From Callorhinchus milii (Eukaryota), in the NCBI RefSeq assembly GCF_018977255.1, contig NW_024704743.1, positions 17,362,001 to 17,426,000 of the forward strand: DNA of 64,000 nucleotides, in the 5' to 3' direction. The position numbers and the translations under genes were made by a program. The notes under the pieces were generated by a model, which saw nothing but the letters and a program-made list of their open reading frames with translations, had not been told where the DNA came from and did not search any database. This document shows positions 1 to 11,864 of the stretch, one piece after another. Numbering within the stretch: the first letter of the stretch is position 1; the number at the start of each line of letters is the position of its first letter.

Positions 1-2990
1 GGGTGAAAATGCGGGCAGCAGAGTTCTGAATGAGTTGGATTTTATGGATGGTAGTGGATGGGAGGTCGGCAAGGAGGGCTTTAGAGTAGTCCAGCCGAGA
101 GGTGACAAAGGCATGGACCAGAGTTTCAGCGGCTTTTGGGGAGAGTATTGGCGGAGACGAGCGCTGCGACTGAGGTGGAAAAAGGCGGTGCTGGTGAGGG
201 ACCGGATGTGGGGGAGGAAGGATAATTGGGGGTCGAACCTGATCCCTAGGTTGCGTATGGGTTCGGAGAGGTTTAGGGGGAGGTCGGGTAGGTGGAGTAG
301 GTGAGAACCGTGAGATTTTAGACGTTGACGAAAACCGAAGAGTATGGCTTCCGTCTTGTCAACGATCAGCTGAAGGTAGTTTGCACTCATCTCGCCCCTG
401 AGATCTGACAGGTAGGCTGACAGAACATCAGGGGACTGGCAGTCGCAAAGAGAGGTGGAAAAGTAGAGTTGGGTGTCATCTGCATACATGTGGGAATGTA
501 CCCCATGTCTGCGGATGACATCCCCAAGAGGGAGCATATAGATCAGAAAGAGGATGGGACCAAGGGTGGATCCTTGGGTTACCCTGCAGGTGACCGGGTG
601 AGAGTGGGAGGAGAAGCCATTTGTGCAGATGTACTGCTGGTGGTTTGTGAGGTAGGACTCGAACCAGGCGAGTGTGGTCCCACTGAGGTGGATGACGGAG
701 AAAAGGCGGTGGAGGAGGATGGTGTGATCGACTGTGTTGAACGCGGTGGAGAGGTCCAGGTGGACAAGGAGGCAGAGGGAGCCCTGGTCACAGATAGAGA
801 GGATGTCGTTTGTGACTTTCACAAGCGCAGTCTCTGTACTGTGGGCGGAAACCAGACTGGAGGGGTTCGAAGAGGGAGTGGGAGGAGAGGTGTGGGCGAA
901 GTTGGTTGGCAACAACCCGTTCTAGAGCCTTTGAGAGGAAGGGCAGGTTAGAAATAGGGAGGTAATGGCTGGGATTTGAGGGATCTGGGGAGGGTTTTTT
1001 CAGGAGGGGGATGAATACAGCAGTTTTGAGGGGGGCAGGGACTGATCCGGAGGAGAGGGTCTGGTTGATGATGTCAGCCAGTAGTGGGCATAGGAGGGGG
1101 AGCTATGTAACCAGTAAGTTGGTGGGAAGGAGGTCGAGGCAACAGGTGGTGGGTTTCATGGAGGTGATGGTGGGTGAAAGGGAGAAGGGAGAGATGGGGA
1201 GGAAGGAATGTAGAATGGGGGTGGTGGTAGGAGCAGATGATGAGGAAGGTGAGGGGGACAGAGAGGGCGTGGTGGTGGGTGACAGGGGGCAGGTGGATGA
1301 GGCTGCCTGGCGGATGTTGAGTATTTTAGCAGAAAAGAAGTCCATGACCTCCTCGCACTTGGCATTTGATGTGAAGATTGAGGAGGCCTGAGGGGGGCGG
1401 GGGGCAGATGGAGGAGGTAGTGGGTGGTGGAAAAAAAGGATTTGGGATTGTATTTGGCCTCCAAGATGATGTTGGAGTAAAAGGCCGTTTTTGCACATGT
1501 CAAAGAACAGTGGTAGCTGTGGAGATGCTCGAGCCACAGTTGGCGGTGGACTGTCAGGCCAGTCTTCCACCATTGCGCTTGAGCAGATGGGTTTGGGTTT
1601 TTTGGCGGCGGAGATGGTTGTTGTACCAGGGGGATCGGGTGGATTTGGAGATGGTCCTGGATTTTAGGGGGAAGAGGGAGTTGAAAGTGGAGGAGAAGCT
1701 ATCATGGAGCAGCTAGATGGCTGCTTCAGGATCTCCGCGGGTGGAAGGTCAGAGGGTTAGGATGTTTGATAAAGCGAGGGCCTTTGTGAGGATCTCAGGG
1801 GGTAGTCTTTTCAAAGGGCGGTAGAGGATGGTTGAGGGCTTGGTGGAGGAGAGAGGGATGTGAGAGGAGAAGGAGATGAAAAAGTGGTCCGAGATGGCCT
1901 TGTCCACTATGCTAAAGTCAGAAATGTCAAGGCCGTGGGTGATGATGAGGTCAAATGCATGACCATGGTTGTGGGTAGGTGAGTTTATATGTAGGGTAAG
2001 GTTAAGGGAGGAGAGGATGGCAGTGAAATCAGCAGAAGCGGTGCAAGGGGAGTTTAGGTGGAGGTTGAAATCGCCCATTATAAGTAGGCGCTCAGAGCAG
2101 AGGGACAGGGAAGAGAGTGGAGATGTCTGTGTGGAAAGAGCCGGAGGGTTTAGGGGGACGGTAAACAAGGAGGATTTTCAAATGGAGAGAGGGGCGGAAA
2201 AGGGTGAGGTGCTCGAAAGAGGGGAAGCAGCCAGAGGAGTAGGGGTGAGGCCAAGGGAGGCTTTGGAGATGAGGGCCACCCCACCACCACGTTGGTTTGG
2301 ACGGGGGTGTGTGGTGGAAGGTGTAGCCTGGAGGGGAGGCTTCCACTAGGGGTACAGGGTCATTGGTGGAGAGCAGGTTTCGGTGAGCCCAAGGATGTCA
2401 AGGTGCTCGTCCAGGATGAGGTCGTGGACGGTGAGGGCTTTGTTTAAGAGGGAACGGACATTTTGAAGGGAAATGCAGGTGGGTTTGCTGGAGGGGGGGG
2501 AGGGAGGAGAGAGTGATGTGGAGAGGATTTTGGGGTGTATAGGAGAGATGGTTGTGGAGAGTGGAGAATTGGGGAGGGTACGTGTGAGGGAGGGGAAGTT
2601 GGATTTGCCTTAAGGAGGTAGTTTGAGCAGAGGGAGTGAATGATTGGACACGTGGGGTTGCTGCTCTGGGACAGCCAGTGCCGGGAGCCACGATGGGCCC
2701 GGCATAGGATGCCCAGGCTGGAGCAGAGGGAAGTGGTGATGGGGTTGAGGAGAGAGAGAGAAGGCAGGGAGGGCGGTGGGAGAGAAGGACAAAGGGGAAG
2801 TAGCGGATGGGGGGGGGGGGGGTTGGGAGGAGAGACGTTGAAGGGTGTAGGAGGAGAGACATTTAGGGGGAGGCTTGGGTCAGGGCGAAGCCAAAACGCG
2901 CACGCAGAGACCGGGAGCGAGTGATCAGTGGGATGGCATCAGCCCTCAGGCTTAGCCTCCCAAGTCATGGCCGGGATGGCAGTGCCAGGG
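1..2990 (-). mobile_element. L2-clade LINE, long decayed copy (APE endonuclease plus reverse transcriptase, frameshifted); 3' end outside the window
   Basis: Frame-shifted motifs EASPPGYTF, LLVYRPP, IMGDFNLH, PTHNHGH..DLII, SDHF, RPISNLPFLSKALE, YADDTQLY. Confidence 0.9.
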
Positions 2991-3286
2991 GCCAGGACAT
3001 TGTTGCTGGGTTTAAATATTAACTGTGACGTCACGCCAACGTCACTTTGGGAATCACTTACCCCGCCCCCACCCCACTCTCCTACCTCCGTTCCCGACTG
3101 AGTGGCTCCTCACCTGGCTGTGCTTTTGTACACGGCTAGCCCTCAGCTCCGCCCGGGCTCTCCTACCTCTACTCCCGACCACTTGCACTTTATATAAAGT
3201 CTTCCACATAGGAGAAAGTCTAGTTTTGATAAGTATAGGTAGAAGTGCTGATTTCAAAGACTGAGTGAATCTATCCTGTCACATAC

Positions 3287-3493
3287 CTCGGGAAGGGTTT
3301 CAATAAAGGAATGTATATTTGCGGCTTTGGCTGCATCCACTATCTCCGCATCAGAGATGGACCTGCTGTTGTCCCCATAGGCGATGTTATCTCTAATGCT
3401 GCAATCAAACAGGATGGGCTCCTGTGACACAATGCCCATCTGTGCTCGAACCCATTGGATGTTTAGGTTCTTGATGTTCTGATCATCTAACAG
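3287..3493 (-). CDS. ABCB1: ABCB1-type coding exon 25, NBD2 Q-loop ([44 protein letters not shown]...FIETLPE); gene continues beyond the window start
   Basis: [27 protein letters not shown]; 207 nt; the NBD2 signature/Walker B exons are not in the window. Confidence 0.97.
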
Positions 3494-4089
3494 CTGAGTG
3501 ATAATATAAACATAGCAATAATCAATTACCCTTCCTTTAAATAAAAACGATTTAGAATGCAGAGTGAATAGAGGGAGGTTGATAAGTTTATCAAGGGACA
3601 AGTGAATTGATACACTGGTGTAATTTGACTATTGCCAAGTGTAGGTTTGAACCCTCACTAGATGGAAGGCAAGTACCAGGAACTTTCTGAAAACGTCCTG
3701 GTGGGTAACACAGCTCAGCATGAAATGCATGAGAGCACTGCCAACATCTTCCTGTCCACAGCTCAGACACACATCCAGTTGGAGGTCCAGAGCTTGAGTG
3801 TATGACTGCGTGTTCATCGACTCAGATTCCAGGTAAACAGTTCCAGTAATTGTCACCTCCATCCTCAGAGTTTCCTCATCAACTATCTGACAGACAGTCC
3901 CTCTGAGAATTCTCTTTTTGAACCTAAAGAGCGCCCTACATAACCATCATATTTTCATACCTGACATGCACAAATCTATAACAGCGAGATGACTAGTTAA
4001 CAAAGCTTTCCTTTGGTTTATGCATTTAACACGATATCAACCATAACAGATTTCAGATCTTGTAAGATTTCAAACACTATTGAATGTAT

Positions 4090-4740
4090 GACTGGAGGGC
4101 ATCAGTTTAAGATAGTTAGCAAACTGAATGAATGAGGAGGTTAGGAGAAATTTGTTTCATACCTAAAGTAATTAAGATCAGAAAGCCCTGTCAGGAGCAA
4201 TGCATGAGGCAGAATCCGTACCATCCTTCAAAAGGGAACTCGATAAATACCTATAAAGAATAAGCTACAGAGGAATCTGGAAAGATATACTGGCACTGCA
4301 GGGGGTGCAGCACAGATTCACCAGAATGATAGCAGGGCTTAAATGGTTACATTATCTGTATTCCCTCGCGTTTGGAAGGTTGAGGGGTGGTATGATTAAG
4401 GTATCTAAAATGATAAAGAGATTCGATAGGGTAACTACAGAGAAAGTATTTCCTCTGGTGGGGGAATCCAGAACAAGGGGGCATAGTCTTAAAATTAGAG
4501 CTAGGCCATTCAGAAGTGAAAACAGAAAGCATTTTTTCAAACAAATAGTAGTGGGAATCTGGAACTCCCTCCCGCAAAAGGCTGTGAATGCTGGATCCAT
4601 TCAAATATTGTAGATTGTAGATTTGTTTTTGTTACGTAAAGGTATCAAGGGATATGGGGCAAAGGCAGGTAATTGGATCTAATAGAATGGCAGAACAGGC
4701 TCGAGGGGCTGAATGGCCTATTCCTGATCCTATGTTCCTC
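4090..4740 (+). mobile_element. CR1 LINE 3' fragment(s)
   Basis: RLRGGMIKV.K, FPLVGESRTRGHSLKI, WNSLPQKAV, followed by a CR1-type 3'UTR ending cctatgttcct. Confidence 0.8.
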
Positions 4741-4893
4741 AAGGACAGGTAAATGGGACTGAAAGGCTCCTGTTCCTACGTTCCTAAAGGACAGGTAAAT
4801 GGGACTGAAAGGATGCCTCCTAAAAGACCCAGCACAGACACAATGAGCCTTCTTCTGTGCTGTAAATTTTGTATGATTCTGTAGACCACTTAC

Positions 4894-5091
4894 CACTTTC
4901 CCATTAAGTGGATCGTAGAACCTCTCCAGCAGCTGTACAGTGGTGCTTTTCCCACAGCCACTGCTGCCCACCAGTGCCAAAGTCTGCCCCTTCTCAACTG
5001 AAACCGTCAAATTTTGTAACACAGGCACTTCTGGGCGTGTTGGGTAGATAAAGGAAATGTTTTCAAATTTGACTTTTCCGTCAAAATTTTT
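4894..5091 (-). CDS. ABCB1: ABCB1-type coding exon 24, NBD2 Walker A ([66 protein letters not shown])
   Basis: [13 protein letters not shown]; 198 nt. Confidence 0.97.
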
Positions 5092-5404
5092 CTAGGAAAA
5101 ATCAAAACCAGAACATGGACATTTAATGAAATGATTTAATGAAATAATCCATAAACCTGTGTTCAATTGTATTCTGAAAGGTCTAGTTTTAAAATATCCA
5201 TGAAACTACATACACTTCAAAGCAATCACAGGTCTGAAATCCCTCTTTGTCTTGGTGGTCACATGGTTGGTTTAGACATTTGTGCCAAATTAACAAAAAA
5301 TATCAGTTTTAATTAGGAATATGTTTTTTCCCTGTACCTTTTAATAACCTTAATTTTTAAAATAATGATCTCAAGGCTAAAACCATGATTTTAAAATGAT
5401 GAGG

Positions 5405-5680
5405 GGGGNCTAATGGCGGTATTAACCAGATTATTGGGAGGGGAGAGGCTGTTGGTAATAGTCTTAATCTCCTGATCACTGGGGTGGTGGGGCGTTAATC
5501 GGAATAGTGATAATGTTAATCTGATCATTGAACTGATTATGGCAGGGGGAGGGTGGGGGGGCTAATGGTGGTTGTGTTAATCTGATAATGGGGTATGGCT
5601 AACAGTGATGGAGTTAATCTGATCAATGTGAGGAGGGAGTCTGGTCTAATGGTGTTGGTGGTAATCTCCTGATCCCTGAG
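5405..5680. repeat. Degenerate tandem repeat, roughly 40-60 bp unit (CTAATGGTG...TTAATCTGAT)
   Basis: Recurring taatctgat/taatctcctgat and ctaatgg motifs. Confidence 0.55.
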
Positions 5681-6428
5681 TTTCAGTGCTTACTTATACT
5701 TTCAGCATCAACATTGGCATTTTAACATTTAGATCCAGAAGATCAATATTTTGGAGGTATTGAATTCAAACCAAGATATTTGAATAAATCACTAAATTAA
5801 AACAAAAATAATAATATAATCACACTAACCTCTCACTGCAGGATGTACAGATTTCATCAAGTGTAAGACCTTGCTTTAATAGGTATTGCTTTCTAATAAT
5901 AATAATCCTTGCATTTGATATGAGCCTTTTCACATTTTCGAGACTCAAAGCACTTCACAGAATATACTATAAAGTGAATTGACTGTACATTTTGCCAGTA
6001 AAATATTAACCTTAACTTATACAAAAATAAATGCAACAACAGACTATTATTTCGCTGGATTTCTACAGAAATCTGGGAACCATTTGTGAGACTGCTAGTC
6101 CAAAACAGATATACATTGGTCAATCTACGTCACAGAAATTTGCCTAGAAATGCACAGTCACCACACTTTACAGTAAATCCTGTGAAGCGCTTTGAAATGT
6201 TTTGACGTGATGAGGTGGTTGATGAAATACCAGGAATAACATACATTGCCTAATTAGGTGATAGATTGATATACATTGCTTTGTTATGTGATAGACAGAT
6301 ACCCTTGTATAGCCTGTGCTCACTCCTTGGCAGGAAGCCCACCTTGGTAATTTAATACAACATGTTCTTATAAAGACACTTTTCTTCATTTTTCATTGCA
6401 CTGTTTAAAAGGAAGCTAGAGGACTTAC

Positions 6429-6585
6429 AGGAATGTCCCCATCGTCGCTGAAACTATCTATAGTTGGCAGTTGGTCAAATAACACAAACATGTGTGCTGC
6501 TGACAACTTGGCCTTTACATAGTCAGGTGCCATTGAACTGGTCTGCCCCAAAGCCATAGCTCCAAACACAATAGCTGAGAAAACG
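6429..6585 (-). CDS. ABCB1: ABCB1-type coding exon 23, TM12 ([52 protein letters not shown])
   Basis: [13 protein letters not shown] motif; AG/GT; 157 nt. Confidence 0.95.
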
Positions 6586-7296
6586 CTGAAAAGATCACAA
6601 AGGTAGATATTAGGCAGAGATCGGAGTGCACAGGCCAGTCTAGATCAGTATATTTCTGACAGAAAAATGCCAAAAGGCAATCATATATGGATTCTAAAAG
6701 CATAACTCTGGAAATAAATCAATATGACACTCACATTTGATAACGTGTCAAAGACCTACCTCTTTGACTAGACTTTCGGTCAACTTTCCCCTCCCCCTTT
6801 TGCAAATTTTAAAGCACTAAATTAAAACTTTCTAACATTCATATTTTTCACATTGTTTATATGAATTTTGTGCTCAATGAGGCCCAGCATAAAATTTCTG
6901 TTACTCTGCTCCAATGTCAGAAAATCTTTCCATTTTCTACACAAGGCCTTTTGTGAGTGTGTGAACTCAAATCACAAAAGTAAAAAAGCACTATGTTAAC
7001 AACATGCATTAATATAGTGACTTTCATATAGGAATTGGGAGCCTGAAGGGGCTGGGAGATAAGGGGCAAGATTCATCCTATAAAATGCATTAAACTACCC
7101 AGACCCTCAAATACTTTAGGGGGCAAATGTACAAAAATAAGAATATTCTTAATCTGCAATCCTTTCAGGCTGTTTGAAACATGTAACAATTGAAATGCAA
7201 CACAGAAAGAATGAAACAATGAAAGTTATTTTGCTTTGCAACAATACACTGTAAATGTAAGTACACTAAGTATTCACAAAAATAAATAATATTTAC

Positions 7297-7437
7297 AGGA
7301 AAACATCACCAAATCCCATGTAATTGTTTGTCACCAGCCAGGCTCCAAATCGAAAACACGCAGCATAGGCAAAGTATACAATGGCTTGTGAGAGGGAAAA
7401 GGTGAGTCCATAGATGTGAGCCTTCTTTTCTGCATTC
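7297..7437 (-). CDS. ABCB1: ABCB1-type coding exon 22 ([46 protein letters not shown])
   Basis: KKAHI.G.TF..SQA..YF.YA.CFRFGA motif; AG/GT; 141 nt. Confidence 0.95.
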
Positions 7438-8492
7438 CTACAGCAAAAAAGGAAGACAAATAGCCAAATATGTATTTTACTGTAAAATTAGGTCATGGTT
7501 CATATTGCAGGATAGCACCAAGGTTTAATAAAGGAAATTGCAGATTCACATGGATGAAACATACAGTGTGACAGGAACAGGAGAGGAGGGAAGCTTGCCA
7601 GATAGTGCTCTCATTGGCGTATTAGCTGGTTAAAATTCCAGCAGTACTCACTTTGCCTTCTTGAAACATTGCATTTCACTAACCTGTGCCTAATACCCTT
7701 GGAGATTATGTAAACAGGGCGCATTCCTCCAGGGAGAGAGTGCACATTCTATTTTAGACCCGGGGAAATTTCCATATGTAAATGGGGTACCTACATGAAA
7801 TTCTGTCTGGTTTTGATGTTCTTAAACACAATGATGGGTTTCCACAGGTGTCAGACACCCAGTTGACCAAAAGAAAAGGAACAGTATCACATACAGAACA
7901 ATGTTCTCCTCAGTCTTCAATCTCTTTTTCTGGAGTTTAATCAATTAATCCTGGTTATTTTAGACTATTGTGTAGATCAAATCTACACAGATGAAATTAG
8001 TGTTTTACAATAATTTGCAGAGAAGCCCTTCAGATCACAGTCCTCATGATCAATTTAAAGATACCTGTGTATATTTTTCAACACATATTATATATACACT
8101 ATATATAATATTGTACTATATATATTTATTTGAATATACATAATATATATGGTGTGTGTATATATAAAAGTTGTTCATTCAATTAATAGCTGATTGTGGG
8201 ACACTGCTGTACACAAATTGGGCCCCATGTTTGCCTACAAATAAATAATCACTTCACTTCATCCTGTGAAGTGCTTTGAGACTGTTATTAAATTATATGA
8301 CTTGATATTAAAATGCTTCTCCCCTATAATAGTAACCAATTCCTTGATTTAAAGCATATTCAGCAAATGGTATTGCATTGGCATATATTTGTGAAATACA
8401 CTCCCGCTTGTAATATTTCTGAGTTGTACTCCTGTTTTTTAACAAAGGCAAGAATAACAGTATCACAATTGAAGATGTTCTGTTGGCATTAC

Positions 8493-8593
8493 CTGGCAGG
8501 ACCCTTTATTGTTTCTTCGTACATTTCTTCAAACTTTTTTTCTCGTGTTAGTGATACAACCGTTCGAATGTTCTCAACAGCCTCTGTGGCAAT
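8493..8593 (-). CDS. ABCB1: ABCB1-type coding exon 21 ([33 protein letters not shown])
   Basis: IATEA.EN.RTVVSLT motif; AG/GT; 101 nt. Confidence 0.95.
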
Positions 8594-9684
8594 CTGGTTC
8601 AAAGGAAACAAACAACATGGAATAGAATATTAGGAGGCCATCAGATTATAATACACCATTTACCATCCATGTTTTTTCAACTCTCTCATCCTCTCTAGAG
8701 GGATAAATTTCATCGGGGTCTAGATTTACTTCATTTAGATTGTATTTTAAACCGTCCAGCACTTATCCAACGGTTGAATTCAGTCTTTACAAGACAATAT
8801 AAAAAAAATCTTCAAAATGAAGGCTTCATTGAACAATTTGCCAAATTCTGGACGGTCTGAAATGTGACACAAAAAGTGGCTCTTCAGTTTCAAACATTAT
8901 CAATTATGCTGGCATGTATGTTACTGTCATTACATCACACAACTATCTGAGGCCAGGCAGCCCCAAACAGCTGAGGGTCTAACATCTTTTTTCTATCTTG
9001 TTATTGATCTCAACTCACTGTAATGATAACATGCTGATATAAAGACTCTCATTCGAAATAGTAACCTCTTACAGACGTTGATTGACCTTCTGTGCAATTC
9101 CAGTATTTTCTGTTTTTATTTAGGTAGATTAGTCATACTATTAGCAGCTTACACTTATTATAGTACCTTTCATGCTAGATTGTATCTCAAACTACTTTAC
9201 AAAGATGATGTGGATCATGAGCATGATGAAGCCAGGATTTGACAATGCTGACCAAAGACTAGACGAGATTAAAACAATACTTTTAGAGGAGGGTTTTGAA
9301 ACAGGTAGAGAAGGCCTAAATAAAATAAATATAATAATAATTGCATTTGGTAGAGGTCTTTTCATATCAGGAGGATGTCTCAAACTGCTCTATAAAAGTA
9401 CAGTGACTGTATTTTGTAAATGAAAGCGACCAATTTATGCTCAGCAATATCCCACACACAGCCATGAAATGAGTGAAGTGAAGCAAATGAGAGGGATTTT
9501 GGGAGAGAGTTCCTGAGAGTGGGGGCAACTGATGGTGGGACAGAAGACTGAAGAGCAAGCAGGAGATCAGAGTTAGAGGAGCTGAAGGATAGACTTGATA
9601 AAGTTTGAATAGGAAAAACAGGGCCTTAGCTTATAATTCAAATCAAAATGGCATCTTTACCAAGGACAAAAATAAATCACCTAC

Positions 9685-9888
9685 CTTCCCGGCAGTTTCC
9701 AGCTCCTCCTTATCCTGGTGAGCATGCCCAGCTATCATTCTCATTTGTATCAGTCCTGATATGGCCAGGATGGGAACAATGCCCAAGATCAGTAGCGTCA
9801 GCTGCCAGCCATAGATAAAGGAAATGATAATCGCACATCCTAAATTTGCAACGTTCTGTGCAACTATAGCAAGTCTGGAACCAGTAGC
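9685..9888 (-). CDS. ABCB1: ABCB1-type coding exon 20 ([36 protein letters not shown]...ELETAGK)
   Basis: [12 protein letters not shown] motif; AG/GT; 204 nt. Confidence 0.96.
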
Positions 9889-10704
9889 CTGCAAGTAAAC
9901 ACAATACTGGTGAACTCACACAAGTTATCTCATTGTAAGCCATATAATTGCTTAAGTTGTACATGCACCCAAGTCCCATTTATTTTCCTTCGAAAAAATA
10001 CTTTTGATTTCTTTGCACTTGCCAGATTTTACAGGTCGGATAAACAGAAACGTCAAATGATTTCTTGATCCCAAATAATGTAAATCCTAATGGAAATCAT
10101 CTCCCAACTAGGGGTTGCAATTCCAGGATTTTGGGAGCATCATTAACATATAGGTCCTAGAATTCAACCCCTACTCCTAACACGTACCTGGCTGCATTAA
10201 TAAATTACCACATACAATTAAAACACTACAGTGTGGTAAATTTCAATACATGAAATAATTCAGTGTTAACAGTTCTTTGTAAGAGTTCATGCCGTTCATC
10301 ATACACGTTTTCTGTACGAGGATAGGTACATTGTACAGATGTATTTGTTATGCGTTAGGCATATAAAATCCGATTTTTCATAAATCATACTTTGTGTAAA
10401 TTGTGTAAATTAAATATTATGGACCTCACTGATGCAATTTATGCGGGTTTATCTGTTCTGCGGTGGGTAATAATAATCCTTGCATTTGATATAGCGCGTT
10501 TCATGCCTTCTAGACATCTCAAAGCGCTTCACAGAATACACTGTAAGTTAATTTACTGTATATTTGTGGGCAAAACGCAGAAGCCAATTGCTCACAGCAG
10601 TAACATGAGAACATAAGAAATGCTAGACGAGAACAGACCAAGCAAGATCCATCTAGTTCGCCTTCCACCTTTCTGGCAGTTGCATGCACATATGTTCCTA
10701 ACTA

Positions 10705-11860
10705 ACCTATGCACTATATTTCATAAAAGGTTGTTGCATAAGATTATAGCCCATGGAATTAAAGGTACTATATTAGCATGGATTGGAGAGTGGCTAACAG
10801 GAAGAAAAGAGAGTAGGGATAAACCGGTCCTTCTCAGATTGGCAGGATGTGACTGGTGGAGTGCCACAAGGATCAGTGCTTGGGCCTCAATTATTTACAG
10901 TGTATATCGATGATTTAGATGAGGAAATAGAACTTAGCATATCTAAATTGCGGACGATACAAAGATAGGTGGGAGAGTAAGCTGTGAGGATGACACAGGA
11001 AGAATGCAAAGGAAATAGACAGGCTAGGTGAGTGGGCAATAAGGTGGCAGATGGAGTATAACGTGGGGAAGTGTGAAGTTATTCACCTAAGTAGTAAAAA
11101 TAGAAAAGCGGATTATTTTCTAGAGGGGGAGAGACTGGGTACTGTTAGTGTTCAGAGGGATTTGGGTGTTCCTTGTACACCAGTCACAAAAAGTTAGTAT
11201 GCAGGTACAGCGACTAGGAAGGCTATTGTCATGTTGGCGTTTGTTGCGAAAGAGCTAGAGTACAAGAGTAGGGAAGTTTTGCTGCAGTTGTATAAGGCCT
11301 TGGTGAGAACGCATCTAGAATATTGTGTGCAGTTTTGGTCTCCTTATTTAAGAAATGACATATTTGCCTTAGAGGGGGTGCAGCATAGATTCACTGGATT
11401 GGTTCCTGGGATGAGGGGGTTGACCTATGAGAATAGGTTGAGTAAACTAGGCATATATTCTCTAGAATATAGAAGAATTAGAGGTGATCTTATAGGAACC
11501 TATAAGATTCTTAAGGGTCTTGACAGGGTAGACGCTATGAGATGGTTTCCCCTGATTGGAGAATCTAAAACTAGGGGTCATAGTCTCAAGATTAAGGGTC
11601 AGCCTTTTTGATTGAGTTGAGGAAACATTACTTCACTCAGAAGGTAGTAAATTTGTGGAATTCTCTACCCCAGAAGGCTGTGGATGTTCAGTCCTTGAAC
11701 ATATTCAAGACTGAGATTGAAATATTTCTAAAGGATAAAGAGATTAAGGGATATGGGGATAGGGCGGGTAAATAGAATGAGGTTAGAAGATCAGCCAAGA
11801 TCTTATGAAATGGCGGGGCAGGCTCAAGGGGCCGAACAGCCTACTCGTATGGTCTTATGA
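10705..11860 (+). mobile_element. CR1 LINE, 5'-truncated (RT C-terminal half and 3'UTR)
   Basis: GVPQGSVLGP-type and ADDTK segments; LYKALVR.HLEYCVQFWSP; RR.RGDLI..YKI; TRGHSLKI. Confidence 0.9.
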
Positions 11861-11864
11861 TGTA

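Noticed and set aside
469..2924. Plus-strand Gly/Glu/Val-rich ORFs
   Set aside because: Antisense shadows of the C-rich L2 coding strand.
4741..4812. Direct repeat AAGGACAGGTAAATGGGACTGAAAGG, twice
   Set aside because: A local duplication of CR1 3'UTR-type sequence at an element tail; no sign of function.
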